Assembly (NCBI GenBank): GCA_008632985.1 | Contig: QPGO01000149.1 | Span: 1-64,000, forward strand | Direction of reading: 5' to 3' | Source of the DNA: Psammoneis japonica | Taxonomy: Eukaryota | DNA: 64,000 nucleotides | In this document: piece by piece, positions 24,110 to 36,981 of the stretch | How the letters are laid out: every line of letters starts with the position of its first letter | How positions within the stretch are numbered: the first letter of the stretch is position 1 | Made by a program: the position numbers and the translations under genes | Notes under the pieces: model-generated | Databases searched by the model: none | What the model saw: only the letters and a program-made list of their open reading frames with translations | Told to the model about the DNA's origin: nothing

Positions 24110-25978
24110 TTAACCAGCACCGTCAACAATAGCATAAAACACACCCTCCTTGTCGAGTGAAGTGAGAATGTCATTGAGCGTTGAGCGCTTCTCGGGATCC
24201 GAAGGGACCAACGCCTGGTAGTGCCCGGGTGTATATTTGAGGGTAAGCGTGTTTGCCTTTCCCCATGCCTTGTCATCATCAGCAACACTCGAGTAGTTCG
24301 TACCCTTGTATACGTCTACAAAACCAGATGTTGAGTCAAAGACGACAATCGCCCACTCTGAGAGCAGTGTGGACGACTCAAGAGTGTAAACGAGAAAATC
24401 AGAAAACGCCTGAACCTCTTCGCCGACCATGCCTTGGTGCGCCCACTCTGGATGAGCTTTTACCACCGCTGATTCAATGGTACGCTTAAGCTGCAGGGCT
24501 GTTTCACCAATCAGGGTCTTGTCCAATTTCTTCAACTCGGGGTCGTCATCTTCGGTCCCAACGAGAGCTCCAACTCCACGCAAGTAGGACGAGGCCAAGC
24601 TGAGATAGAAGCACGAATTAGCAATGCGATGATTCTGCTCATTACGGTTGAATGCTCCTGCGTCCTTTGTAACGAGGCCCAATGAGTCCACAGCATGAGC
24701 CATGTTGGATGTGTTGACGTCAATCATCGCACCGTGGTGTGCAAACATATCTTCCACGAGTTTTCGGTGATCTTGTAGCTCATTGTCCCAATAGGCCGTA
24801 CTGTGAATAGTCTTGCTAGTTTCAGTTTTGGCCTCCTCTTCAACAAACGTCTTTTCCTCGCGAGAGGTGGATTCGAGAAGAGATCTGTAAGCTCGAGCCA
24901 AGTTAGCAAACTCGTTCGCACAACCACCCTTGTCTGGATGAATCTGTAACGCTTTCTTCCTGTAGGCTGAGCGAATCTGTGCTGGTTTCGCCGTCTCGGT
25001 AACACCCAAGGTCTCGTATACGCAAGGATCGGGCGCTGCTCTTCGTCCCTTATCAACATTCTCTTGAGAAACGATCGAGTAGTCCAAGACGGACAGTTCA
25101 ATTGCCCTTGCAATCTCGTCTTGTTCCATCTTTTCTGGATCCTCCATTGTGAGCTTGTAAAAGGTCTCACTGATAGAAGTCCCTAGCCTCAACGGCGTGT
25201 CCACGCCAATGTTGTACCTACCGGCTGCAGGAACAAGTTGGCCACCAGCTTGCTCAGGTATAGGCACATGTGCCGATTGAGGAGACACGGATGCGGCAAT
25301 TGGAACCAATTGTGCTTCTCTAAACGGTGTAGCACCTGGAGGATCAATCTTATAGTCTGTAGAGACAACAAGATCACTAGAAGGCCCGCTCGTTTTGGAA
25401 GCACGAGCGAGCACAAGGGCAAGCTGCTCGTCAAGCCCGCTTTCTTCACTTGAAACTGCAGGAGGATCTTCAGACTTAGCCTCAAGTAGATCTTTCTCTT
25501 TGACTTCAGGTTCGGGTTGAGAAATAGCTTCTGATAGATCTTCCTCCTTGACTTCTTGTTTGGGTTTTGGCTTTTCTGCGGGCTTGGCTGGAAGGCTTTC
25601 TTTCTTCAACTCGGTCAAACGCTTACTCTTAGTTTTTGGACGTTGTTGAAGATTGTATACAGCGGCGGGAATAAACGGAGTGATGTCAATATCTGACCAG
25701 TGCTGGTCTTCTTCCAACACTGACATTTGTTGAAGCCAGCCCCCGTCCACAATGGCCACGTTAAGATGTTGACATTTCAGCATGACATGTTCGACATGCG
25801 GAGTGACTGCATTTTCGTCGCCCACCCAGAGGGCGTGGGTCGCATCGTATGGAGAACCCGCGACCTGTCCACCAAGGGCCTCGATGAAGAACCTCATTTC
25901 CTCGGCATGCTCATCGTGATGGTGGGGGCTTGAGATGATGTACACAGATGCTCTGAAGAGGGGAGAATCAATTGTCAT
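24110..25978 (-). CDS. BRCT-like / UIM-like / DnaJ / OTU-like cysteine protease with intact Cys and His
   Basis: ATG at 25978. EQDEIARAIELS; J-domain YETLGV..AYRKKALQIHPDKGG; NSCFYLSLA and YTPGHYQAL resemble the OTU Cys and His boxes. Confidence 0.8.
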   Translation of the reverse strand: MTIDSPLFRASVYIISSPHHHDEHAEEMRFFIEALGGQVAGSPYDATHALWVGDENAVTPHVEHVMLKCQHLNVAIVDGGWLQQMSVLEEDQHWSDIDITPFIPAAVYNLQQRPKTKSKRLTELKKESLPAKPAEKPKPKQEVKEEDLSEAISQPEPEVKEKDLLEAKSEDPPAVSSEESGLDEQLALVLARASKTSGPSSDLVVSTDYKIDPPGATPFREAQLVPIAASVSPQSAHVPIPEQAGGQLVPAAGRYNIGVDTPLRLGTSISETFYKLTMEDPEKMEQDEIARAIELSVLDYSIVSQENVDKGRRAAPDPCVYETLGVTETAKPAQIRSAYRKKALQIHPDKGGCANEFANLARAYRSLLESTSREEKTFVEEEAKTETSKTIHSTAYWDNELQDHRKLVEDMFAHHGAMIDVNTSNMAHAVDSLGLVTKDAGAFNRNEQNHRIANSCFYLSLASSYLRGVGALVGTEDDDPELKKLDKTLIGETALQLKRTIESAVVKAHPEWAHQGMVGEEVQAFSDFLVYTLESSTLLSEWAIVVFDSTSGFVDVYKGTNYSSVADDDKAWGKANTLTLKYTPGHYQALVPSDPEKRSTLNDILTSLDKEGVFYAIVDGAG

Positions 25979-26339
25979 TTTACTTGTCAACTTCGTCTTT
26001 TGCTTCGTCGAGCTACAGATGCGACTCTTTAAAGAGGGGTCGCCTTACGTGCAGTGCTCAAGGGGCGAGGTGTTAAAGGGGCGACGGTTCTTCTTGCTCT
26101 CAGGGTTGCTGTTCTTGGTTGTTTCGTTTTTTCGTTGAACAGCGAACAGCGGTGACGCGAAAAATCTTTGTACTGCTAGCTGGAGGTAAGGTTATGGGTC
26201 CAGGGCGGCGGGTCCCTGCTCGCTTATTGTTTTAGCTCGAATTCTGTCATTGTTTTAGCGTGCTTCACCGTGGCGAAAACCGCATGCCACAAGTTTGTAA
26301 CGGGGTTTCCGCCATGGGACTTACATCAGAATTATGTTC

Positions 26340-27960
26340 TTCATGGTGTGTCAAATGATCGACGTGATTGTCCCATGGCAGAAGACTGATTTTTTAGAAA
26401 GCCAATGACCACCAGCAAGGAGCGAGCGAGATGAGCGGTCTTTGATTGTTCAAAGGTTGACCAAGAATGGGAGGCAACACCTGGCCCACACCATGTTGGC
26501 AGCACAGGCATGCTCATGAGTGACAGCTTGGTGGGCCTCTGCAATTAAGGTGCAGAGAGACTGTTGTGGAAGCCATGCCTGGGGAGGTGGACAGTGCACA
26601 CTTGCCAGGGGGGGCTTTGTTTTTGTTCTTGTGGCGCAACATGTGACAGAGTCACACAAGAACAAGGGCAGCTTTCACACATTTCAGAGATGCCACTGTT
26701 GCAGGCTGGCTGCTGGGAGGAGGATGCCAGTCACTGGGCCTGTCATGGTGACTGAGCCCTTTCCTTTGCAACTTGTGAGCTGGTGTGTGTGTTTTGTCAC
26801 AGCCCGCATGGTGGGCTGCATTTTCCCGCACATGTCAACCATGCTGCCTGCCACTGCCTCCTCTTGGAGCATCATGCCAGCCAGTTCAAGATCCAAATCA
26901 TTGATGACCCCACCCACCTGAGTTGGCATCTTGTGTGGCGCAGCTTTGAAGATCTGCGCCGGAGGCCGTCAGTGAGAAATCTTGTCATTTGGCCCCAGCA
27001 GCAAGGCACCTCTGAGCTCCAGTTTGGCAGCACTGGTGCAGGCACACCACAGAAGTGTTCTTTGGCAGCAGAAAAGAGTTTGGCCAGTTGTGTGGGGCAT
27101 GGCACCATGTCTGAAGCTGGCATTTGGCACCTGAGTCTGTGAAAGACATGGGAGAGTTTTGCAAGTTTGACAACATCACTGAAAATGCAAAGAAGGCACT
27201 CCTGGTGACATGGCAAAAGCTGAAAAACACAAAGCATCAATGATCCAACCCAGGATGACCCTGATGGCCAGCTATTTGGTGCCCCCCCCCCCCCCTCCTT
27301 CAAGAGCTTCTCAAGGGATGTGGTTTCTCTGCAGCAGCGGTCATTGGCTCACATGTTGAGCAAGCAGGAGAGCTGGTGGTTGTTGACATGGAGGCATTCT
27401 TGATGGCACAGATGATTGAGCCAAGCCTTGCAACCTTCTTGCATGACTCCAACATTGTTGTCTGGGTGAAGAACATCAAAATGTTGGAACTGCCTTCAGC
27501 TCTCAGCAGCATCTCTTCCATTGAATTGACTTTGGATCCATGAGCTTTTGCAAATGGCTGGCATGTGTTGGTTGGTCAGCAGGCAGAACATTGACTTGCA
27601 ATGCCTTGTCTCATGGGCTGCCACCTGCTCCAGTGGGTGCACTGGAGGAGGACCCCATGCAGCAGCTGTGCATGCATTGGCCAAATCCGTTGGTGCCCAC
27701 ACAAAAGCAAAACAGACTTTTGACCCAGCCCTTGGACAGAGCCAATGAAAAGGTGATGAGAGGCTCTTTGACCAGACCTTCCAGAGATGCCAAACCTGGT
27801 TTGGGTGTGTCAGCAGGCTTCAAGCCCACCCCAGAGAACCCGTTGGCATGACCCAGCTTCATGAGATAAAAACTGGAGATCTTGTGTGGGACTCGACCCA
27901 GCATGCATCTGAATTGCATGGCTTCTGGCATCTGTGAGTGGTCAAACAAAAAAGTGGAAG
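26340..27960 (-). mobile_element. Decayed retrotransposon remnant, probably DIRS/Ngaro-type RT-RNase H
   Basis: TA- and CG-depleted. Minus-strand fragments INDLDLELAG and NQSSAMGQSRRSF resemble the DIRS/Ngaro RNase H motifs (NSDLELAG; N.MAD..SR). Confidence 0.45.
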
Positions 27961-28502
27961 CAGATCAGGCAGACAATGAGAGGTGGAGTAGAAGGAAAGA
28001 AAAATGTTGGGGACACATTGCGATTGTCAGGTGATGGACAATTGTTTGCTGTTATGGACAAAGATGATTAGAGGAGTGCGCGAATGACACGTTTGTTTCC
28101 TCAGCGCGAGTTTATGCGAACGTCTGTGACAACAATTCAGGACGCAAGGAATGGGCAGGGAAAATAATTAGAAGCGCTGTCAACGAACATCTGGGAAAGC
28201 GAGAGCGAATCGCCCTCTCTGGATGTGGAAGGCTCCTCGTCGTTTCTTCCGAAAGGAGAGAACTGCGCAAAAGCTTGAGAGGTGCTCAATCCCTTAAAAA
28301 GTTGAGAATTCACACGTTATCAGAATGGGATTTACAGAACGAAAGCTACAAAAACAACAACAGCTTAAAGGTTGTCTCAAGCCTGCTGGCCGATTTTAAG
28401 TAGAATTCACTCAAAACGTACTCTACATGTTGCCTTAGTTTTGCATTAAATGTGCTTACCAGCTGACTGGGTGGTTAGCGTTCTCCTGCTCTCTCGCTCT
28501 CT

Positions 28503-29054
28503 CTAGCGCTTGGACTTGCCGCTAAGGCCAACTTCCATGAGTACGTTGCCGGAAATAGCAACGCTAGCCGCAAGTCCCGCTGTGTACGCCAAGGCACGAA
28601 AGGGTTGCTTCTGAACGAAGTAGTAAAGGAAGAAATGCGACAAGCGCGCGTATACAAAGGTCGTGACGGCTGTCGGAGCCCAAGCTGGTAGAGTGGCAGT
28701 GGCATACGGCCAGAGAGTAGCCACGGCAAAAAAGAATGGCTCGTTTTCGGTCGCGTTGCGTTCCATGGACTGGAGACGGTACAGATCATTCTCACTTGTA
28801 CCCGCCTTGACAAAGCAACCCATGGCGTAGTAAAAAAGGTTGAAAAAGCCTCCTCCGGTTGGATCGACCCACTTGGACGGATTGCTCTCGGGTGTTCCGT
28901 CGCCTCCTTCCTTGTCGGGGATGTTGCCGTACTTTCCCGTGAGGCCATTTGCGAGACGGACTCGAATCACCATTACATGATTAACGCACACTTTGACCGT
29001 CAGAACAGCGGCAGCCCATGCTAGAGTCTTGTTGTACGATTCCGTGCTGCTCAT
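28503..29054 (-). CDS. MAPEG family membrane protein (microsomal GST-like)
   Basis: 183 aa from ATG 29054, with hydrophobic helices and the motifs RLQSMERNATENEPFF and FVYARLSHFFLY. Confidence 0.85.
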   Translation of the reverse strand: MSSTESYNKTLAWAAAVLTVKVCVNHVMVIRVRLANGLTGKYGNIPDKEGGDGTPESNPSKWVDPTGGGFFNLFYYAMGCFVKAGTSENDLYRLQSMERNATENEPFFFAVATLWPYATATLPAWAPTAVTTFVYARLSHFFLYYFVQKQPFRALAYTAGLAASVAISGNVLMEVGLSGKSKR

Positions 29055-29359
29055 GATGATAATGATGACTACGAAGCTGGCGAAAGGTGACTGCAACAAG
29101 ACGGCGGCCGCGACTAGCTAGAGAGAGAGGGAGAGTGGAGAGAGTGAATGAATAGAAGGAAGTGAACAAGAGTTGTTGATGTCAACGTTCGAACGTTTCG
29201 TGGAGCGAAATCTTCTTCCCGCGATGGGAGAGCAACGGACGTCGTACGACAACGGACGTAAAAGAATTTTGCATCATACATACATTCGTTCATGATTGCT
29301 TCAGCGGCCACCGCCGTTTCGAACAGTGCAGTTAACTCCGGCTCTAACTCTAGTTTGTG

Positions 29360-32300
29360 GCAGAGGTCCATTTGCAGAGCTCAAGCTCCAGACTCAATCA
29401 CCACTGGGGTGGGTGGGAGGATCCTTTTAAAGCTGTCTGCCAGCTGTTGGTGCAACAAAACAAAAAACGACAACAGAGAGGACGACCTCGTCAGCCGAGA
29501 GAGACATCGGCAATTGGCGGTCAGGCAAACAGCAAGCATTTGACATCTGTCCTTTGGGGGACAGACTTGAGCCAATCAACAGCCCTTGCATCATCTTCCC
29601 CATTCTGCAGTGGCTGCCTCCACTTCCAGCGGCACAGCCAAGAACGGCACCCCAGCTCTGACTCCAGCCAGCTGGAAGCAGAGGTCCATTTGCGGAGCTC
29701 CAGACCCAATCACTGGGAGCCTGACACACAGGCTCCCAGGCCCAGCTTTGATGAGGTTGCCAAAGGCAGACCAAACAAATTCGTGTGGGAAGGCAACATG
29801 GGCAGGAAGGGAAAGGTCTCAGCACAGGGGAGCTTCTTGGTTGTTGATGCATGAGCTGAGTTTTCACCTTGAGAGAGCCCCCGGGATAAGAAACTTTGCA
29901 TGGCAGGCTCAGCTTTGATGCAGAGACAGCACATTGTTTTGTCAGAGAAAGTGTCATTGTCCAATGAATGGGGGCAAGACTTGGCTGCACTGGTCGCACG
30001 GCACTTCATCAGGCTCATCATGATGTGGGGAAATCATGAGAGCCACTGTTGTGAAAAAGACATGTTTCATTCAAAACACACCAGTGTTTAAATGCTGTTT
30101 GCCTGGGAAACATGGCTGGCATTGTTTGTCATGCAGGCAAGGCTCAAAAACTTCTTTGCAGTCAATGGCAGAGTGTGTTTTGCCCAAATGGCTCATGGTT
30201 TCAGACCAGCATCTGGCATCTTTGGCATCACAGATTGTGGGACATGGGGCACCATCATCATCATGTGGATTGCAAATGGCCACAATGGCTGTCTTTGACA
30301 AAAGAAGCAGGAGAGAGAGTGCTCTCCTGGAGAAAAAAACCCCTCTCAGCTGGCACCACTGTTGAGCTGTGTGGCAAAGGTGGTTGCTGCTGCTGAAGAA
30401 AAGGGTGCTGCTGCTGCTGCTGCTGCTGCTGGAAACAAAGGGTGCAGCAGAGATTCACAGCAAAATTGTGCTCACAAGAAAAGATTCAGACCATCAACAT
30501 GTCATGAGATTGAAAAAATCCCTGCCATGCTCTCCTCAACAGAGACATGATGCTCCAGGAGCCAGCCCTGGGTGGGACTCTGTGTGACATGGGCCCACAA
30601 AATTCTGCATGGTGCAAGCTTTGCAGTTCATGCACCAGGCAATGGGAACATGTTTGTTTTCAACACCCAAATGAATGACCACACAATTGCCCCTCTTCAT
30701 GCTGGGTGTTTTTGAAAACCTGCTTCTGTTCCAGCACACACTCTGCAGACATTGAAAAATTGCTTTGGAGACAAGAAAACATCAAAAGTGGGTGAATGGA
30801 TTGCCCAACAATTGGGCTGCAAAATGACACAAAATGCAGCCAAAGTCATGCAGAAATGTGTGTGCATGTCACATGGTGCATGATAAAAAATGTCAGCATC
30901 ACAGTTCAGCCAGTGCTGCAAGGCCCCACCTGGAGCTCGGAGGCACCCAGAGCTGCCAACAATCCCTTGGAATGGTCAAGCCTTGCAGCACAAAAGCCTC
31001 ACACAACAAAAGGCTCAGTTTTTGCATGATGTCTCACCTGAGCAAACTCCCTGCTTCTCACTCAGATGGGCCCACACGGAATGAGAGTCAACATTCGTGG
31101 CAAGGGTTTTTCAACTCATTGTGTCCTGGAGCCTTCTTCTTGGCCCCAGCTTTTGCAGTGCCTCTCAGAAAGAGACTGTCACCACTGGCTTTTGTGAAAG
31201 TGCAAGAAGGAGTGTGCTCTCAAAGATTGAAAGTTGACTGTTAACCTGGTGCTGCTTTGTTTGTGATCAGCGTGATTGAACAACATGATGACCCCACACG
31301 TGGAAAGTGGAGGTGAGTTTCAAAGTAAAAGATTTGTCAATTTTTGCAGCAAGAACAAGAGATGAAGGCAGCTGCAAAACTTCCCTCTTCCTCAATCTGG
31401 AGGTGAGGTCTTGGGAGCTCACATGCTTTTGTCTGCTGCCAGCAGTGTGTGCTGTTCATTGCTGTTCTTGCAAGCCAGGCATTCATTGCAGTTGGCACTT
31501 TGCCAAACTGTCCCTGCCACAAGATGTTAACACAACCCACCTCATGTCCCTCCTTGAGCACTGCTGCTGCTTTAAGTCATCCCCAAGTGGCAGCAAAAGA
31601 TCTGGCATTGGAACAACTCCAGCAACTGCTCTGGCATTGGCAAACTTGGTTCAGGTCCTGGAGTTCTTGGGGGCAGCTGCAGCAAACACTCACAGTGAAC
31701 TCAGCTCAAGCCCTGGATGGAGCAAAGTGACTCAAGCAACTGTGCTGCCACCAGAGCACAGCCAACTGAAGCCCCCAGTCCCCGCTGGACATGCTGGCCC
31801 AACTCCTGCAGCCACAAAGAGCAGCAAACTCAGCTCAAAGACTGGGTGTGGTGGAGCCCTGGATTTGGCAGAGCAACTCCATCAGCTGCTGCCAGCAGCA
31901 AGCTTGTTGCCAGCCCTGGGCTGGTTGCTTGACTCCAGTGGCTGCTGCCAAGAGCACCACACAGCAGCACTTGCGCAGCGCACAGACCCACATTGGCAGC
32001 CTCCCTGTCCCACACCTGCTGGGTTTGGCTCAGACATTGGATGGAAAGATGGATCTCCTCCTTCCTCCTGCATTTCTCAGGCTGGCTCTGCCAGAATGGG
32101 CACAAGTCCTGAGTTGGGTGCTGGCTCGCTCATTGCGGAGAGCAGGTGGGAAAAAGCAGCACACACCAGCAGCACCCAATCCTGGCATTGGCAAGTGCTG
32201 GCTGTGCTGCAGCTGGCTGGCCGCACTTCTCTTGTGACATGCTGACAAAGCCTCAGATGTGGCAGTTTGTTGTGTTTTTGTCAATGGTGCTGCCATGGTG

Positions 32301-32520
32301 ATGACAAGCAGGGGGCCCTCAACCATCGCTCTCCATCCCAACAACCATGTGAAAAGGAGAATTCAGACAGACGATTCACCAGGGCCACATGTGTGGGCAG
32401 TGTGCATTGTTGTGGTGCCCTTGGGTGTGTTTTGTGCACAATCATTCTTGGCAGAAAAGTTTTTGCGTGTGCAGATTTCATGCCAGCAACAAGTGCGGTT
32501 TCTGGTGGGCCCCTGTGCCT
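29360..32520. mobile_element. Decayed repeat/transposon tract of unassigned class
   Basis: Sharp-edged loss of TA and CG with no credible ORF. The direct repeat gcagaggtccatttgc occurs at ~29360 and ~29678. Confidence 0.5.
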
Positions 32521-32766
32521 TCTGAATCAGTCAACGCATAAAAAAAAGAATTCCCTTCCAGCCGTGTGGTCGACGGCGGCGGGTTTCGGCGGTTATCATC
32601 ATATTCCAATGCGACTGGCGGACGCGGGACCGACGCGGGCACACTTCTTCTAAAGATAGGTACCGTAAGACGCACGAACAGTTGCACAGCATTGGCGGGC
32701 GCCCGCATAAATCTGGAAAAGATCGCTCTGCCATGGCGTTTATTTGCATTGCTACTTGCTACAAGC

Positions 32767-34229
32767 ATGAGTAAATTAGAGAGACTCCTCTTGATGAGCT
32801 TGCTGGGTTTTGCCTTGCTTCAGCTGCTTTCCTTTTACAATATTCACCATGCTACCAACGTGCGAGTTGGCGACGACATGCAAATAACAAGCAAAAACTC
32901 ATACAAAAACGACAACAATCGGTCTTTGATGGATTATTCTCCTTCAAGACAAGAATCAGCCTCGGCCTGTCTCTTGATCATGGATGACAATCACTACTTG
33001 ATTGAATGGATTGCCTATCATTATCACGTGTTGAATTTGCGCCACTTGATTGTCGCCACTGACCCCAAGAGTAAAACGTCCCCCAGTCGAATCTTGAATC
33101 GCTGGAGAAACTACATTCAAATTGAAGAATGGACCGATGACAATTTTTGGCCAAGCAATACTACCAAGAAGTTAAGAAAATATGGCGGAGCGAGCGGTGA
33201 ATTGAGAAAGCATCGTGCTCGACAAGGGCTCTTTACGTTGCAGTGCTTGCGGCATTTCAAGAGAAAGGACAAATCGTGGGTCCTACTCACGGATACTGAC
33301 GAATATACAACCATTAACCCAAAATTTACACCAAGCGTCCTTCCGCAACAACAGCAACGACCAACAATCGAACAGCCCGGGTCGGTCTTGACCTTTCTTA
33401 ATGAAATGTTGCTTCCCGACAAAAAGGTCAAGGAGATTGACTATCCATGTGTGTATATGTATCGACATCAATTCAGCAACAAGGAGAGTCCACGCGACAA
33501 GGTCCAAGACGGGGTTCCTTCTTCACAACTGAATCCCTTTCATTTCCAAACACTCCGTTGGAGATATTGTGATTGGATTGATTTATGGCACAATGCGACG
33601 ATTGCCCATTGCAAGGTAACGAGGAAGTTGCCAGGAAAAACAATGATTGATCTAAGAGATTGAGATTATTGGATTTGTATCATCCCGCCAATGCTGGCAA
33701 TCCACACTTTCCCCTCGAGGGACTGTGCCAATCGACGTGGCCCAAGCTGGCAACCTCCCCACTGGCGGTTCATCACTACATTGGCACGTTGGAACAGTGG
33801 CTGTACCGAACCGGAGATACCCGTGGCAACGCGTATCGAATGGCCTTGTATGACCACACTAACGACTTTACAGGTAAGTCTGAAAATGATAATGTCCGAT
33901 TGTGGCTCAAGGGTTTCGTGGACAATGTGGGTCAAGCGGAAGCGGTGCGATTGTTGCAAGGAGTTGGACAACTCGAACCACTGCCGCAACAACAAAAACT
34001 CGTGGAGATTTCAAATCAAACTTCTAGCAATACTACACAAGACGTTTACAAGGTGGGAGAAAGAGTTCAAGGAAACTACAAGGGAGACGGATACTGGTTT
34101 TGGGTTGACATTTTACGAGTGTATCCTGGAGGCTATTACAACATCTTGTACGATGATTGTTCCCAAGAATTGGGAGTGCCCGCATCCATGCTTCGACGAA
34201 CAGGCAAAGTGGATGAGCTAGAAAGGTAG
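32767..34229 (+). CDS. Type II membrane GT-A glycosyltransferase (GT92/GT2-like) with a C-terminal Tudor-like domain; frameshift at ~33660
   Basis: N-terminal TM segment; CLLIMDDNHYLIEWIAYH; DxD motif LTDTDEY; GKTMIDL; VHHYIGT; tail YKVGERVQGNYKGDGYWF..YNILYDD. Confidence 0.75.
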
Positions 34230-34449
34230 ACATTGTCTTGAGAATAATGTAGCTGGCTTTCCAGAAAGATGCTTGCCATTGTCGAAATGCACAAAAAATC
34301 TGAATAAGTTGAGGCGCCACCTTTTGGCTTGTTCGGGTCGTCGGAAGCCCTCGAGATTTTCCTGTGCACAGAACTGTCATTTCGCGTGGTTATGGGCAAG
34401 AAGGGGCTGCGTGTGATTTAATTTTGAGGTGCTGGTTTACCTTCCATTT

Positions 34450-35900
34450 CACACCTGCCAGTCCTGAACAACCCTTCTCTTGCTTGCCGACATGTCAAGC
34501 TCACTTGTCCGAGTGGCAAACTCTCTGCTTTCGTCCCAGTGTCCAAAAGTGTGAAATTGAGTCAGTCTTTGTTGAAGGCAAGCCTCTTCCTCCTTGGAAG
34601 CCATGTTTTTTGCTCCAGACGTTGTGCTGTTCTTGAACCCAATTTCTGAATGTGACTGTCCTTTGCTGTTGAAGTGTGGATGCTGTGTGTCCAGTGCCAA
34701 AGAAAGCAACAAACCCTTTCACATGTCTCATTTCATTTCAACCAGTTGTCTCCAGTGGGCATCACTGCAAGGTGGTGCAATGTCTGGCCAACTGCACTTG
34801 CTTCTGCTGCATCCCCAAGTGTGTGGGCTGGCTGGCACCAGCATTGCCAGGCAAAGGTGGGCTAAAACAGCACTTTGCACCAGTTTTTTTTTTTTGTGTT
34901 GACAAGCCCTCCTCTGGAGTGAGAGAATCTGCTCCCGTTGATTGATGATTTTCAACCGACAAACACCAGCATTCTCTTGGCATCCCACTCTTTGATGCAG
35001 TGGCAATGGTTTGTTTCACACAATGGCTTTTTTAACCTCAATTTCTTTTGGCAGCTTGTGAAAGTTGTGATGTTTGCCCATCCCAGCTCCAGCTTGCACC
35101 GATGATCAAAAGGACAGGTGGGGGTGACGGCTTGCTCCATGCTCTCAACTCTTGACATCAAGCTCCAACAAGCCTTAACCCCTGCCAATGTTTCCATGAT
35201 GTCTGTCATCATGGCCATGTCTTTTGCCTTGGGAGCATCATGGTTTTGCTGCATCACAGCATTGCCAACAACAGATGACGACACAGCATGGTGTGTGGCT
35301 CATTGCGCTCAATTGCAAACAAAGCCTGGATCATGACAATCCCAAAGAGATCACTTTGGACATGACTGTGCAGCAGAAGTGGAGCAACATAGAGTCCAGC
35401 AGGAAACCATCATGATCAGACATTGGGAAACCTGTGAAAAATCTGCATGTTCTGATGTGCGCCCACAAAGAGATCCATCAACCCACTGAACAGCACCGCA
35501 CTTAGACAGGGAGAGAGAGATTCTGTGGTCTGCTTGCACTGGCTGTGGTTGAGTCATTTTAGCATTGTCATGATGCTCTTTCAAGGCCGAGACTTTGTGC
35601 TCTCCTCAGTTTAAAACAAAGAGAGAAGCTCCTTTTTTGGGACTTCAGATGCTGCAGTGACGTGTTGGGGCAAGCAGCTGCATTGTGCTTCCACTTCAGT
35701 GCAGAATGTGGCACAAGAGTTTGAGTTCCCAAACACAGCTTTTTTGTCACAAAAGACATTGTGATCCCAGTGGTGCTTGCCAACTGATTCTTTGTCCTTC
35801 TAGCGTGCAGCCAGCAAATCGCACAATTTCATCAACTGAGCAATGATTGATCAGCAACAGTGGCAGGGGAGTGGAAATCCATGGATCTGCCCCTGCCCCG
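34450..35900. mobile_element. Decayed repeat/transposon tract of unassigned class
   Basis: TA- and CG-depleted block between two normal-composition genes. No credible ORF. Confidence 0.45.
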
Positions 35901-36100
35901 CACCACACTGTATGTCCTCTGAAGTTACACACAAATTTTGGGTTGTAGGTTATGACAGACATTTCCTCCATTCCTTGTGCGAACATGACAGCCTACACTC
36001 TACAGGAAATATTCCAAACAAGGCGAGAACAAAACAATTGTGTTTCTCTCGTGTAGCTAAATTAAAAGCAATGTCAAGAAACGGTAATACCTGCTTCCAA

Positions 36101-36981
36101 TTAAACATCCAGAAAATCCCCTTGTGTTGTTCTGCTGTCATAAGCAGGGGGTTGCATTCTTCCCTGATTCCCACTGGCGTGTCCAGCCGAAAAATTACGC
36201 ATTTCATTCTCCACTTCACGAATAAAGGCCAAACTGCCCCCAGCCGGAGAAAAAACCACTGTAAGTCGTGGACATCGAATCATATCAAAACAGCACGATC
36301 GATCTGGTTTTCCCGCAGACCGTGGCCACATAAAAAATGGCGTGGAGGGAGCTGTGGTGACAATCGCAACGCCATCCATGGGCGTTGTCAGCATGCCTCG
36401 GTAGGGCCATACGCGCATAAGGGAACAGTTTCCACCACCCACTCTTTGTAGAGACACAATCTTATCAAAGGGAACGTCGACTTCAATGTTTCCAATCCAG
36501 AACCGCAAGCCACCGTCCGTCGTAATGTCAACACATCGGACCATATTGTACCAGAACCACGCCACAGCCCACAAATTGCCAATCGAAACAGAAACAACCG
36601 TACCATGTGCACCAATCGGGACAGCAGCGACTAGCAGTAATACAAAGATGGTTTCCATCAAAATAAAGCGCAGTTTAAAAGCTAAAATCAACAGACGAAA
36701 AAATAAATCAGTGAGTTGCGCGTTTTCAAATCCCCCACGTACAAACATACCAGGATTCACGTAGAATCCAATGCGCTCGCGTACTTACACCACGAAAAGG
36801 GAGCGTTTGCAAAGCTCAAAATAACACTCCCATCGTCCGTCACATACGTCAGTGTTTGTGCAATTAACAATGGATCTTCATCGACAATCAATTCATGTTG
36901 TTGTTGTTGTTGCTGCTGTGGTTGTCCTCGTTGCATGGCACCGTTCATATCGTCGTCGTCGTTTGCGGTTGACGATGCCAT
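36101..36981 (-). CDS. Two-TM membrane protein with a beta-rich (PH-like) C-terminal domain
   Basis: ATG 36981 (MASSTANDDD..polyQ). A GTAAGT..TTTTAG intron at 36682-36788 restores the frame (FSW-S-FKLRF). Two hydrophobic segments precede VDITTDGGLRF..VPFDKIVSL. Confidence 0.7.

Noticed and set aside
26190..26201. GGTTATGGGTCC (also GGTTATGGGC at ~34388), resembling a half-tRNA-iMet PBS
   Set aside because: No adjacent LTR pair or Copia ORF could be identified, so it may be chance.
31307..32245. 312-aa ORF, and the 363-aa ORF at 60672..61763
   Set aside because: Both lie in TA-free tracts where TAA/TAG stops are erased. They have abnormal composition and no motifs.
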